DNA of 64,000 nt, from NCBI RefSeq assembly GCF_004010195.1, contig NC_057719.1, positions 18,257,438 through 18,321,437 on the forward strand, in the 5' to 3' direction. Shown in pieces: positions 36,973 through 49,774 of the stretch. Under the pieces are notes generated by a model, which searched no databases, was not told the DNA's origin, and was given only the letters and a program-made list of their open reading frames with translations. The position numbers and the translations under genes were made by a program. Each line of letters begins with the position of its first letter. Within the stretch, counting starts at the first letter, position 1. The DNA is from Chiloscyllium plagiosum (taxonomy: Eukaryota).

Positions 36973-37210
36973 AACATATGAAATAGGAGGACGTGTGGGC
37001 CCTGCTCAGCTATTCAACAAGATTGTGATTTTGAATGTCAACCTTACTCTCTTTTCTAACCTCTGCATCACATGATTCTCTTAGAGTCCAAAAGTCCATT
37101 GATCACAGCCTTGTATATATTTGCTGACTGAGAAGGCACAATGCTCTAGGGGAATTCCAAGCTATCATAACCTTCTGAGTTAAGAAGTTTCTGTCATTCA
37201 AGTTTAGAAA
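36973..37210 (-). mobile_element. Old CR1 3' fragment
   Basis: RNFLTQKVMIAWNSPR; tail aacatatgaaataggag. Confidence 0.7.
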
Positions 37211-38439
37211 ATATACGTAGAAATGTGTCCCAATGGGACATTGTAGATATTTTGATGGAATGAGATTCATGTAAAACATGACGATGTAATGGACCATATG
37301 AGAATGAGAGAGAAGACACCAATCCAGCATGAGCATGTGAAGCGAAAGTGTATTTAATAGCCAACAATGCACAGATTTTAATAATGGAGTGTTATATCAC
37401 ATGAGGAGTTGAAGAGACTTGCTTAGAGATAAGGAGACAACAGCATCAGGAACAGTGTGTGTGTGTGTGTGTGTGTGTAGATAGCCAAAGACCAATATAT
37501 TCTAATTTAGTAATTGAGCAGAGAACTGAAAAGGACCATTATTCTATGCAACTTAATACGTGTTGAATTGTCAAGTGCTTTTTTTGAGACTGGGGATGGG
37601 GACATACATGGAGGTACTACTAGGGTGTTGTAAGAAGTGTGGATTGAAACTATCTTTAGAATGAGCCTGACCCCTGCAGGATCCTTTCACTGAGATGAAC
37701 TGCAATGTATATAAGTCCTCCAATGTTCCGTTCCCTGGTTTTGTCTTTCCTTCACAATGATGAATGCAAAGAACTCAAGAGAAACCAAACCCTCTTAACC
37801 ACATACTGAAAGTTATTTTTTGCATATCTGATTTTTAGGGGATTTCTGTGTCAGTCAAAACATTTTAGCGAATGTTATAGACATCTGTTCTCTCACACAC
37901 TTGTTTTATCTGTCCAATCTGTTTGGTCGTTGACCTCAAACTAGGCAAACAGTCCCTCGCAGCCCTTCATATGTAATTTGGAGTTTGTTGAACAATGAGA
38001 TATTCCAAAGGCTGATAGCATACATTTATCTTTCCTTTTCTAGTGAGTGAAGCCTTCACCTATTTAATCTCGAACCAAATTGGTCACTGAGTTTTGATTA
38101 TATTAGAATTTTGTGTGCACTTAGGAAGAAACAAAATACTTCAGAGAGATGGAACTATCTATCAATTTTCTTTGAACTTCCTACTGTTTAAAATCAACTT
38201 TTCCTCCATATTTCTTCTCTCAGATATTTTAGTCAAGAGTAGCATGGGCTGCAGAATAAATCTATGCAAATGCAGAAACACAGATCAACCCTAATCTAAC
38301 TGAATGGTGGAAGGGGTTCACTAGCTGAATGATTGCCCTCTGTTTCTATATAACATGAATAAAAGTCTCAATACTCTTCTCAATAACTAAGTTTGATTTA
38401 GATTTGGTTAGAGAGACACACACTGTTTAAACTATGGAG

Positions 38440-39395
38440 CCCCAGTAAGATTTTGAGTGACTTTGGGAGAATATGGAAGGTTTATTAGATTAGGCTGATA
38501 TTTACTGGATGAAATTCAGTGTAATAAAAAGTGAGTCGATATATTGTGGGAGTAAGAAGATGGAGACTATTGAGAGCAAATTTTGCAATTCCTTCATGTC
38601 CTTCTATGCAGCCGGTTTGTATCAGAAAAATGTTAAATAAATCAGATCTACATAAGATCAAGTTACATAAATTCTGACAATTGTTAATGTAATAAATTAA
38701 GTAACTAACTTGTAATTATTTATTGCAATAAGTGTATTTACAATGTAATAACTTTTGAATATTTAGTAATTTATTTGCAATAAATTCAGAATTTTATTAT
38801 TGACAAATAAATAAATAGTTGTATTTATTGAATTTAAATCAATAAAGCAACAAAAGTCCATGGAAGTTTTACAAATTAAAGAAGCAATGAGGTTCTGATA
38901 AATTTGTTGGAGACAAGACTTATGCCACAGTTGGAGTGTTTGTGTGTTGTTTTGGGTGCTCCATTTTGAAAAGATTAATAAAGCTATGGAGGAAATACAA
39001 TGCAGATTCACCAGGATGTAGCCAGGGATGAGGCAATGATAAGTGAAGAACATGGACGGTTTCACAAGAGAATAAGGAAGTATAATTTCCTTTGGTGAAG
39101 AGTCAATAGTGACAGAGTGTGAATTTTAAGATGTCAGTAAGGTATTCAGCAGAAGATCTTAGGACAAAAAAATGTTAGAGCATGTAACACTATGCCACAG
39201 TAAGTATTTGAACTAGAGACCATTGCTGAATTGGAGACCTGTAAAAGAAAGAATTTCTGTACACTGGAATCAGCAAATGATACAAGGTAACTGTGAGAAG
39301 ACAGGGTAGTGAGGTAAGATTTGGACTGCTCTAACAGAAAGTGCACACAGGTACAATGGGATGAAGGACTTATTTCATCACTCCAAGCTCTGCGC
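38440..39395 (+). mobile_element. Very degenerate CR1 3' region with an AT-rich interruption
   Basis: ggatgaaattcagtgtaataaaaagtgag; atacaatgcagattcaccaggatgtagccagggatgagg. Confidence 0.6.
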
Positions 39396-39629
39396 ATTTC
39401 TTTACAAAATGGGCCCACTCAGGCTACTTCACATCAAAAAGCATTTATCATCTGTTCTTACCTTCTGATGGTATTTACAGATTGCTATAGTACCCCTTCT
39501 TAGTTAGCAAACCTCCTACTTTTTTATACTTAGTAAATGTTGCTAATTGCTTCTCATACCCAGTGTTTGTACCTGGATCAGCCTTTTGGCAAACTTTTAC
39601 CAGATATTGGCTAGTGTCATTTTCATGAT

Positions 39630-40800
39630 GGGTTTCTCTCTGTGATGCCTTGTGAGTTTTTTTGCCTCATTAACTAAGTCCCCAATGATGTCTCGGAAGG
39701 GGCCAGTAGAGCTCAATGCAGCTGTCAATTTGATGATTCAATGACCATTGGGATAAGATGGCCACCAGCTACCTCAGATCACAGTTCAGACTCCAGCAGT
39801 TGGCATAGTCCAGTCACTGTGTCCCAGTATAGCTTCCATCTGTGACAACACAGTGTCTCACTCTGGACAAGAAGGCAGATTATTACCTGAATGGAGATAA
39901 ATTGAGGTGCAACGAGCCCTGGATGTCCTTGCACACAAGTAGCTGAAGGTAAGCACACAGGTGCAAGAAGTGGTGAAGAAGGCAAATGGTATATTAGCCT
40001 TCATAGTGAGAGGATTCAAATACAGGAGCAGAAATGGCATGCTGTGTTAGTACAGGATTTTGGTGAGACTGTGCTTTGGTCTCCTTATCTGAGGAAAGAT
40101 TTTCTGGCTGTGAAGGGAAGGCAATGAAGGTTTACCATACTGATTCCTTGGATGGCTGGACCTAGGTAGGAAGAGAGGCAAGTTTGATTTTGGACTATAT
40201 TCACTTAGGATCTTATAGAAACCTATGAAATTCTAATAGGATTAGACAGTTAAATCAGGAAGATTGTTTCTGATGTCCAGGGATTCCAGAACAATGGATC
40301 ATAGTTTAAGGTTACAGGATTAGTCACTTAGTACTGAGATGAAGAACAATATCTTCATCCAGAAAGTAGTGAATCTGGGGAACTGTTCAACAGAGAAAGC
40401 AGTTGAGGTCAAATATTATCAAGATGGAGTTAGATATCGTTCTTTGGACTAAAAGGATCAAAGGGTCAGGGGAGAAAGTGGGAACAGGGGACTGGTCAGT
40501 CAACATCATATTAAATAGCAAAGTAGACTTGAGGGCCAAATAGCCAACACCTATTCCTATTTTCTTAGATTCTGTGTTTCATCTGGAGAAAGTGGCATTC
40601 AGACCTTTAGATCCTTCCTGTACCCTGTGCATTCTGAGAAGCCTTTCAGCTACAACCTCCTCACAGGAAGACTGAACTGTATCTGTGGGAAGTTGGTGCT
40701 GGTCCTGGTCTTGCTGGTGTCTGTGTCCCTCCTCCATTTCTCTGGGCCTTTGTTCCATCACAACCTTGCTGTTGTCTGGCCCATCGGTGATACTTGTAAT
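39630..40800 (-). pseudogene. Fossil PIF/Harbinger (HARBI1-like) transposase N-terminus, split by a CR1
   Basis: Removing the CR1 joins ...FLQM (40580s) to SETLCCHRWKLYWDTVTGLCQLLESEL*SEVAGGHLIPMV..KLTAALSSTGPFRDIIGDL. This resembles the Harbinger pattern SFLQMSE.QC.RRLRLS.ETV..LC.LL...GGH.LPV.VKVT.AL.F.A.GSFQ...GDL. Confidence 0.7.
39865..40578 (+). mobile_element. CR1 3' fragment inserted in the Harbinger fossil
   Basis: caggtgcaagaagtggtgaagaaggcaaatggtatattagccttcat (QVQEVVKKANGILAF); CR1 tail ending ~40575. Confidence 0.85.
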
Positions 40801-42959
40801 GATCCTGTGTGGGGAGCAGAAGAAACAGAGCAGGTTGTTAGTAAAGGGAGCAATCCACATTTGCATCAACACAAATGACAATTTAACTTACTCCTCTCCG
40901 TGTGCCATGGAGCACTCTGACAAGACTGTGTGGACAAGACTGACAAGACTCTGGCTGCTTCTGTGTGGAACCTCGTTGTTGCACTTTATTCTGATGAATG
41001 CCAGTGATGCTTCAAAGCAACTGTAGGAGATTGTGAGTACTGACTCCTTGTGCTTCCAGCCCCACAACACCCAAGAAAGGCACCATTGCAAAACAAAAGA
41101 GCATGTTGCAAAATATGTACAATCCAAGATGATAGGAGATCAGTCCTGTGTCTCTGCACAGCCTATGCAACGTTGGTTATCTTCATGGTTTCTGGTTCAT
41201 GGGTGAGACTTTAAAGACCAGCCAAGGTCTTTTCACAAAGCTGACTATCTTCAATCTGCAATAACCAATGATGATGTGCAGCTTGCTTGTGGCCAGGATT
41301 TGCTCCCCATGCAGTTGGACAATGCTTGTAATTCACTTACACCATGATATGATGGCAAAGGACTTCAGCCTGCAGTCTGCAGATACATGTTTGATGTTAT
41401 AATGCCCTTCAAGGGCCTCCTGTTGCTCAGAAATGGAGCCTACATGCTAAAGATGAATACTGACTTGACCTAGTCTAGGTCTGGCCATAGCTATTTTCTA
41501 TTCTTTTTACCCATTTAGGAATTGACAGATTGTGGAATGCAATCTGGATTTGCTCAGCATGGTAAGTTGCAGTTTCAGTCTGCCAATCAAGCCATCCCGT
41601 CCATCCCCAACACTCCCTGAGCCCCATCATTGCACTTTTGTCCTGCCTATCATCGTTGCCCCACAGATGTCCATTGAAGCCATGGTGGTGATGGCCAAAA
41701 CACCCCTCCTGCAGCATCCCACATACCCTCATGGACTACTGGCCCTTCCCACCCCAGCACTCCTTCCTCCCCCATGTGTTGACCTGCCCAGATTCACCCA
41801 TCTTGCCCCCTCTGCATCCCAGGTCGTTGTCTCCAATTCCCAGCCTTGAATTCTCACACTTCCCTATCACAGAAATGTCCCCTCTTGGGCCTTCACCTTT
41901 GCCTCCCCCCATCTCCAACAAACTGGGACAGACAGCCTCGCCCGGTGACTGGTCAGCCCCTTGACCCCATTTTCTGCAGCTCCACAAATTCCTTGAGTCA
42001 TCACACAAGGCCTGCAAGAGTAGCCATCACTCCCTCTCCTGACTGCAGTGAGACAGATCCTTGACTCTGACCTTACATCCTCTCCTAATTTTCGTTTCAC
42101 TTCGCAGATCTTTGAGCTCCACATGAGGCAGCAGCTTCAGAACCAGAAGTCAAGCTGTCCTGTGCTGACTGTCTGAGCCATGCAGCTTAGAGGGAACTTT
42201 GGCCCTGACTGCCCTTAGCAGCCAGATGACCATGCCCAAGCCCCTGCACTGAGAGTCAGATGCCCATGATAGTTGTACTGGGATCCCCAGACTCACAACA
42301 ATACTCTTGACTTGACTGAGGATTCCTTCACTTGGAATTTAAGGAGTGACCACTTTTTGGAAGCATATGCCACGCGTTGGCTGCCGAGAATCCTGGGGCA
42401 TGTTGTCGTTGTGAGATCGAGCACTATGCTGTACAGTAATATGTTCACCCCCTTGACTAATGGCTGCTGGTATGTGTGCATGCTGAACAGCAAGGCAAAG
42501 CAGAAGGACTGTAAACATTTTAAGGTGTGACTGAACAGATAAAGCAGCAGAAAGCAAGACAAGGTAGCGCAGGGGAACTGTGAGCAACAAAGCAGGCACA
42601 AAGCAAGTGAGTGCTAAGAGAGTGTGTGAGCAGACTTGGTCCAATCCTTGAGCTGGGTACTTGTCCCTGCACACCAAGTGTCCTTGTAGCAGCAATGTTG
42701 GATTATAGTGCAGAAGTGTACGATAAGTGAATCCAAACTGTGCCACGCTGATGTGATAGAATTTTACCCGTCCTGTGCAACGTTGTCTGTGGCTGCTAGT
42801 AGAGGGTGCCATGGGATGTTGATACTTTAACAATGATCTTCTGACTTAAATGTAGGATTATCTCCACTGAAGTACAGCTAACACTCAGCAAATATCAGAA
42901 GGAACAGGTCTCCTTACACCACAACTTCATGCACAGTTGGTTTTCTTCGGGATCAGGCA

Positions 42960-43093
42960 AAAGTGAGTACTGCAGATGCTGGAAATCAGAGTCTAGATTA
43001 GAGTGGTGCTGGTAAAGCACAGCAGGTCTGGCAGCATCCGAGAAGTAGGAAAATCAACGTTTCGGACAAAAGTCCGTCATCAGGAATGGAGGC
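42960..43093 (-). mobile_element. PLE-derived family C element
   Basis: Family C body; 8-bp duplication atcaggca at 42952-42959 and 43094-43101. Confidence 0.85.
43052..43087 (-). ncRNA. Minimal type-I hammerhead ribozyme motif (family C), intact core
   Basis: AUUC-CUGAUGA-C-GGAC-UUUU-GUCC-GAAA-CGUU-GAUU. Confidence 0.78.
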
Positions 43094-46000
43094 ATCAGGC
43101 ATACTCCCACTAGTGGGAAGACACCAAGATTCATGGCAACATTGACAGGTAAATATTTTAAAAGATACCTATGATCGCACTTACCTCTATATGTGAATTG
43201 GATCCACTTGAATCACATCTGCATCATGTCTGGTCAGTGTTGGATTGTATTCCAAGGAATTTCAAGCCTCATTTCCAATGCATATCCTTTTTTCTGTAAA
43301 AACATTATCTTTTTAAAGAAATTTTATCAAATTGGCTGAAGGCAATTTTCTGTCACCAAATCTATACTGGGTATGCTTCATTATGTTATCATTCATGTAA
43401 TTCTTAATTCTAGAACTGTAGTACAGAAGATGACTAAAATACTAACTTTTTATCTAATTTACTTTTCCATCTTGTTTTCAAGGTGTTGAATTAACAACCC
43501 TTCAGTCCCATCAGGAATGCTACATCCTGTTTTGGATATGACATCATTTTATAATCTTGGTCTTCATGCAATAATGTGGTTGGTTTAATATAAAGATAGA
43601 ATTTCGCTTATTTTCAAACTGGAAAATAAAAGCCAAGAGATTAGCAAGTCAGTGGCCTGCTCAACCATGAGAGAGAATTGACTGGAAAATTATTCCCAAA
43701 GGTTGGAGTGGGAAAATTTGGTGCATCAACATTAAGATGGTCCAATTTGACTGAATAGTCTGTTTCTATACTTAACATTCAATATGTGTAAACAGAGGTT
43801 GAGCTTTGACATGTGGATCTGTGTTTTGCATGAATTTCTTAGAAATCCAAAAGCAATGGTCAACTCTCATCAGCCAATGTCAAATGCACAGTGGCTTTCA
43901 TAACTTAATATGTAAAAATTTATTTTGTTGCAATAGTGCAGGAAGCCTGCCCTAATCCCAGCATTAACCATCAACAGCTGACCTCCATTTATTGCCCCCA
44001 ACGTAGACCTCCCCAGAGACCAAAGCACAGCTCCATCCACTTGTAGGATTAACAGCTGCATGGGAGACTGGGCATTTGTAGAGCATTGAAGTACTCACTG
44101 TAACTCTCTCCCTTATCTAAGGCTTATTATGTGGAATAAGGTCTGTGGCAACATTGGTTTAACAAGCATGTGCATTTTATCACTGTTAAATAAACTGTGG
44201 CCGCAAACATTCCGACGCCAGTTAAATTATAGGTTTGTTTTAAGATGAATGCCTGTTTCTGTCTTTCCTTTTTTCTTCTAAACATGGCCATAATTTCCAT
44301 TCAGTAAATGAAATCTGTGCGGCCTAGTGTGGGAAAATGATTCAGTCAAGCTAATGTGGCAATTCAGTATGGCAGCTATTATCACTTTTGCTTGAAGGCA
44401 AGTTCTAATTCCTCTAGCCACTAACCACAGCTATTTTGAAGGTTTTGTATGCCCTACTTATTCATATATGCACATTTAACTGTTGTGGTTGTGACAGTTT
44501 GTGTATTGGGTACTCTTAGTAAAAATAAAGTCCTGCATAATCTGTCAGAAAAGATTTTGTAATCGTTTGACCATCCTGGAGGTTAACTCTTCATGTTGCT
44601 GGATTAGAGTGCTTTAGAACACAACATAAAATGGCTGCTGTTAGGCCTAACCTTAACATCTATTCCATTACATAACCTTCCCTTGATTTAAGGCCTCAGG
44701 TGGGCTGATGATGTTTATTTGATTTTAGGTTTGGAGACGGTACTGAAAGATTTATGGAGAAGTCCAGGCTTGGCAATAGATTAGGGACAGGTTGCTGGGA
44801 GTAAAATACTTCTTATTTGGTTAGGGAATACTGCACCAATTTAAACTAATATGAAGAGTGACTCTACAAATATACATATTGATCCAAAGTGAAAGGATGC
44901 TTTTGACACCTCTAGCTTACATTCAAGATCTCATTATCACATGGTGCTAATGACCTTTGCTTTTCTCCTCTTCCGTAAACTCTCCCTTTGTAGCTTAAAC
45001 CTGGAAATTATATTGTGGGATATTATCATACAAACACTTAATGTGTTAATCAACTTCCTTTGTCCACATGTTTAACGGATGGTTTAAGCCATTTAAACGT
45101 GTTAATGCCTCATTAAAATAACAGATAGGGGAATTTGATGCAGAAGCATTCAGAGCTCCTCTGATAATATTGCACAACATCCTTAAGTCATAAAATGATT
45201 CTTGACGCTTTTCTTTGGCGTGCCTCCAATCTTTCAGTGTCCTTCTAATATTCCTGAAATTAGCCACAACTGATTAAATGTGGTCAGTGTGCAAGGTTTC
45301 ACCAACTCCATAGATTTCTGTGCTCTTGGATCAACCAATATTTTCACACTGTCTGTTTGTGCAATGTGATTGTGAATTATTCCAAGGTCCAGAACTATGT
45401 GCTGAGGGATGCACCAAATCTTGGGTTTAGATGCTGCCAAGGGACAGTAGGGAAAGACCACTGCCTGAGGTCCTCCTACTAAGTTGAATGGGGGTCCATT
45501 CAATTATCAGGCCCTCCCAGTGCCTTGATTACATCTAAATATCGTCTTGTTCAAGTAAGAGATGTCTTTGATTTGTTTGAATAGAATCAACCTCCAATAT
45601 TTGTGTGTATCCTTGGTATGTTACTATACAGAATTGAACTGCGTTTGTGACTATAATATAAAACATACACACACACAAATATGTATATAGTATATTTTTA
45701 TTTCAAACATATACTATATATAGTATATGTTATTTACTAAAGAAATGGCACCACAAGGATATTGAACACTATGACTGTTACAAGTCTAATAAATCTGCCT
45801 GATAATATCCTGGTAAAGTAAGTATCTCTAAAATAAAAATGTACATACAGTGTGATTTAAGGCCATTCATTTTGTCTATCTTTTCCCATTATTGCCACTT
45901 GCCTACGTTCCCTTTGATGCTTACTAATTTGAATTATTTATGTCTTAATTATTACATTAGTTTCTATGAAACTTTTCATTATTTGTTTTTGATACTTTGA

Positions 46001-47407
46001 ATCAATCTGTTTGGATGTGTTATACCACACCTCTGGATAAGTTGGGTCTTGACCTCAGTCCATTCTGGCCCAGAGATAGAGTTACTAATTTAACCAATCT
46101 GTTATGACACATTTCTGCAACTATCATATGCTGAGGTGGGGCTCAAACCTGAACCTTCTGGCTTAGAGGTAGGGACAATATCAATGCTCAGGACCTTCTC
46201 TTATTGTCTGTATTATGTTTAATTAATAGTCATCATTCCACTTACATCATTCCTACCATGCTGCCTTTGCTTCCCATCCTCGGTCCCACATGATTCAGCA
46301 TCTATTCCATTTTGAGACTGAACATTGGAATCTGATCATTTTATTGGGTGACCAACTCAAATGGTAAAGTACTTTAAGTGTTCACTTTTGAAGGAACGAG
46401 TGCTCAATGAAATAACTTATCATTGCAGTAAATCTGCACTGATTTAAAATAAGGTCGTCTTGAACATATCCCAGTCTGCAATTAGCCTTTTTTGATGAAT
46501 TCACACTCGAGTACTTTAACTGAATACTCAACATATACTCAGCATATTAAAAGTGTAACAACAAGGAAATAACATATAATGTGTTGTACTGATCCTATCT
46601 ATTATGTAGTTTTTCTGTCATACCCACAATGATCCTTGTGTGTCTCAACTTGAAGCCAAGATATCGAGCTGCTAAGGATATATTGCCATTTGGTGTTTTG
46701 GTGCTGATGTGACAAAAGTTCCAATGGTTTTTACAACAGAATTTACTGCTGTTGAAATTAAATTGGATTAATGCATATGCTTGCGGTTCTTTGTGGGATT
46801 TTCAGCTGGGACCCAAGTATATCAAACCTTAATGAGATTTAAGGAGCGAACTCTGTTAAACTACAACAGAAGAATGGTCAAGTGTCTTAAAGGAATCATT
46901 TTTGAAAACTGCAAAATTCATCAGGCAGGTGGCTCTTTTGCCACCAACTACTTTTTAAAATAGAAAGTGCCTTATTGGTACAGTATATCAGTCTCACAAG
47001 TCATTTCTGGGTACAATGGCTCTGCACACAACACATGATGAAAAATGTTGCAAGGTTGAAGTGCAATTGGTGGGAGTGAGGATTCAAAGAGCTTTCCAGA
47101 AATAGGTAGTGCATTGTAAAACACATTGTAATGATATTATTCTATCATGAAGCCATGCTTTGCATATTCCTTAATATTTTTGCTCCAATTACTCCAAACA
47201 CTTAGCAATGTATGAGTGAAGACAATTTCATCATCAGTAAAAAGGAACATTTTTATATTTACTAATTTTGTGAAAGTTTTGCAATATTCATTAAGGACAA
47301 ACACCCTGTTGCCGTCATTGACTCAAAATTCCATGAAACTCTATGAGGCCGATATCCCGGCTGGATGAACTGACCAGATTTGGCAGTGCCCTGTTAAACT
47401 TTGTGAA

Positions 47408-47629
47408 AACCGAAAGAAGTGCAGAAGCTGTAAATCAGAAACAAAAACAGAACTTGCCAGAAAAGCTCAGCAGGCCTGGCAGCATCTGTGCAGAGAAATC
47501 AGAGTTGATGTTTCAGATCTGAATGACCCTTCTTCACAGCTGCCAGCTTTGAGGAAGGGTCACCTGACCCAAAACATTTACAGATGCTGCCAGAGCTACA
47601 GAGATTTTCCAGCACCCTGTGTTTTTGCA
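47408..47629. mobile_element. PLE-derived family A fold-back element
   Basis: Inverted arms; 15-bp TSD gttaaactttgtgaa (47393-47407, 47630-47644). Confidence 0.85.
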
Positions 47630-47648
47630 GTTAAACTTTGTGAAGTTA

Positions 47649-47804
47649 AAAAATCACACAATACCAGGTTATAATCCAACAAGTTTATTTGGAATCACTA
47701 GCTTTCAAAGCACTGCTTCTTCATCAGGTGGCTGGTATAACCTGGTATTGTGTGATTTTTCACTTTGTCCGCCCCAATCCAACACTGGCACCTCCACATC
47801 AATG
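47649..47804. mobile_element. PLE-derived family B fold-back element
   Basis: Arms aaaaatcacacaataccaggttata and tataacctggtattgtgtgattttt; 13-bp TSD ctttgtgaagtta (47636-47648, 47805-47817). Confidence 0.85.
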
Positions 47805-47897
47805 CTTTGTGAAGTTAGTTTGAACATTGTGTAATGAAAGAACATCCACCTACTTCGCTCTCTTTGTAAAATAGCCAAAACACGTTCTCCTTTTTGG

Positions 47898-48108
47898 ATA
47901 ATAAAATAAAATAAAGAACTGCAGATGCTGAAGATCTGAAACAAAATCAGAAATTGCTGGAGAAACTCTGCAAGTGTGGCAGCATCTGTGGAGAGAGAAA
48001 GCAGAGTTAACGTTCTGAAGAAGGTCAATGGATTGAAACACAAACTCTGCTTTCTCTCTACAGATGTTGCCAGACCTGCTGAGTTTCTCCAGCAATTTTT
48101 GATTTTGT
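47898..48108. mobile_element. PLE-derived family A fold-back element
   Basis: Inverted arms; 13-bp TSD ttctcctttttgg (47885-47897, 48109-48121). Confidence 0.88.
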
Positions 48109-48379
48109 TTCTCCTTTTTGGGAGTTCACTGCGATATATTTCAAATACCTAGTTTGTTTCGGAGCAATGGAGAGATGGCATAAATATGAAACAAGTTTAC
48201 CCATGTTGTTTAAAATATCTCCGCAATTATGATTGCCTATTCCAAGCTTTTCCCAGCTCTAGCTTCTAACAGATTCTGTGTGGTTTGTGTTTACTTTGCT
48301 CTGAATCTGCCTTATCAAAATTATCAAAAATCAAACATACTGGCAATGGATCAGTTCCCAAATTCACACCATCAAGCAT

Positions 48380-48665
48380 GAGAATAAAAGCAAAGCACTG
48401 CAAATGCTGGAGGCCAGCATTCCCTCTCATCTTTTTCCCCAGCTGCATAGATCTCTATATATGGCAGCGACTTCCAGACTTGGGGCTGACTGCTGTGCGT
48501 GGTACCTTAGCGCGACTGCACAAATGCGCAGCCGCATAGCTTAGAGAGAAGACTGAAGACTGGCAATAAAAGCAGAAATTGATGGAGAAACTCAGCAAGT
48601 TCTGGTAGAGCCTGTGGAGGATGAAACAGAGTTAATGTTTCAAGACCAATTTAACTTCTTCAGGC
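48380..48665 (-). mobile_element. PLE-derived family A element interrupted by a MITE
   Basis: aaagcactgcaaatgctggagg | insert | aataaaagcagaaattgatggagaaactcagc...cttcttcagg. Confidence 0.65.
48415..48555. mobile_element. hAT-like MITE
   Basis: Imperfect TIRs cagcattccctctca / ttagagagaagactg, resembling CAGTGTTCCCTCTAA; CpG-containing interior. Confidence 0.55.
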
Positions 48666-49239
48666 AAGATCAAACACTCCGTTCATCCTTTTCTGTCTGT
48701 GCATTTGTTTGTCATCTTCATCTATCCATCCGCCATTGTCACTCATTCATTATGCAAGCCAGCTCACTGACATACCCATAATTCAGCATCTCGTTAATTC
48801 CCTCTATGTCTTTTTCTTCCATGCTTGTGGGAAAACAGAGGATAGAATAAAAGGTAGAGCCAGAGAATCAGGTGTAACCCAAAAGCCATTTCTTAATTGT
48901 CAGCTGTAGAGAAGGAGGCCGATGTGGGTTTTGCTTTGAGCAGGATATTGTATCTAGTGCAGCTTACAGTATTGAAGAATCCAGCAGATGTTTCTTTTAG
49001 CTGTTATCTGCAAATGCTATGTTTGCAGGCATATACGTACTGGGCTCACATTAAACTATTAGGTTGTAAAGAATAGCATACTTCTATTAACATGCTTCAA
49101 GTTGTCCTTGGATAAGATGGAGGATGAGACCTTCATACCACCAAATTACATGCTATGATATAGTGCTGATATCATAAGCATGCCTCTTAAAGATATTTAA
49201 ACATACAGAATGTGAGACCTAACACAAAGTCATCAGAAG

Positions 49240-49378
49240 AAGTTTTGAGGAAGGGTAGGTAGACCTGAAAATTTAAAGCTGATTTCTCTCTACAGATGTT
49301 GCCAAACCTGCTGAGAATTTCCAGCAATTTCTGTTTATACTTTAGATTTCCAGCATCTGCCATTTTTTTCGGTTTTTT
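49240..49378 (+). mobile_element. PLE-derived family A element, decayed
   Basis: gttttgaggaagggtaggtagacctgaaa...acagatgttgccaaacctgctgag...ttccagcatctgc. Confidence 0.7.
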
Positions 49379-49774
49379 TGACTATTATTGGAGTGTTCTT
49401 TGTTGCTTTCTTCATGTGTGACTCCGATGCAGTATATTGGTCTCAGCTGGCTTCTGTTCCTTTGCAGTGTAGCACCATGCCTTGGGATGGGATGATTGCA
49501 TGGTTTAGAAACCTATGCTAATATTCAAATATTTGCTTTAGTTTCTCAAGATTGTTTTTCTCACCCAATGTAGCATTTTGGTAGGTGTTGATCTGCTTGT
49601 TTATGATGTGTCTCTTTCACTCCCCTCTGACTTTGAGGAAGAATGTCCAGTCTCTTGGAATGATGAGACAATTGGATGATGAGCAAAGCCATTCATGCTT
49701 ACCTCGTATGCGTAGTTTGTGTGTGGAGACTGTTGTGTTGGTAAATTGAGGAACAATGGGAAATTTGGTGAGTA

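Noticed and set aside
42182..42197. gcagcttagagggaac, similar to the hAT MITE terminus
   Set aside because: No matching opposite terminus nearby.
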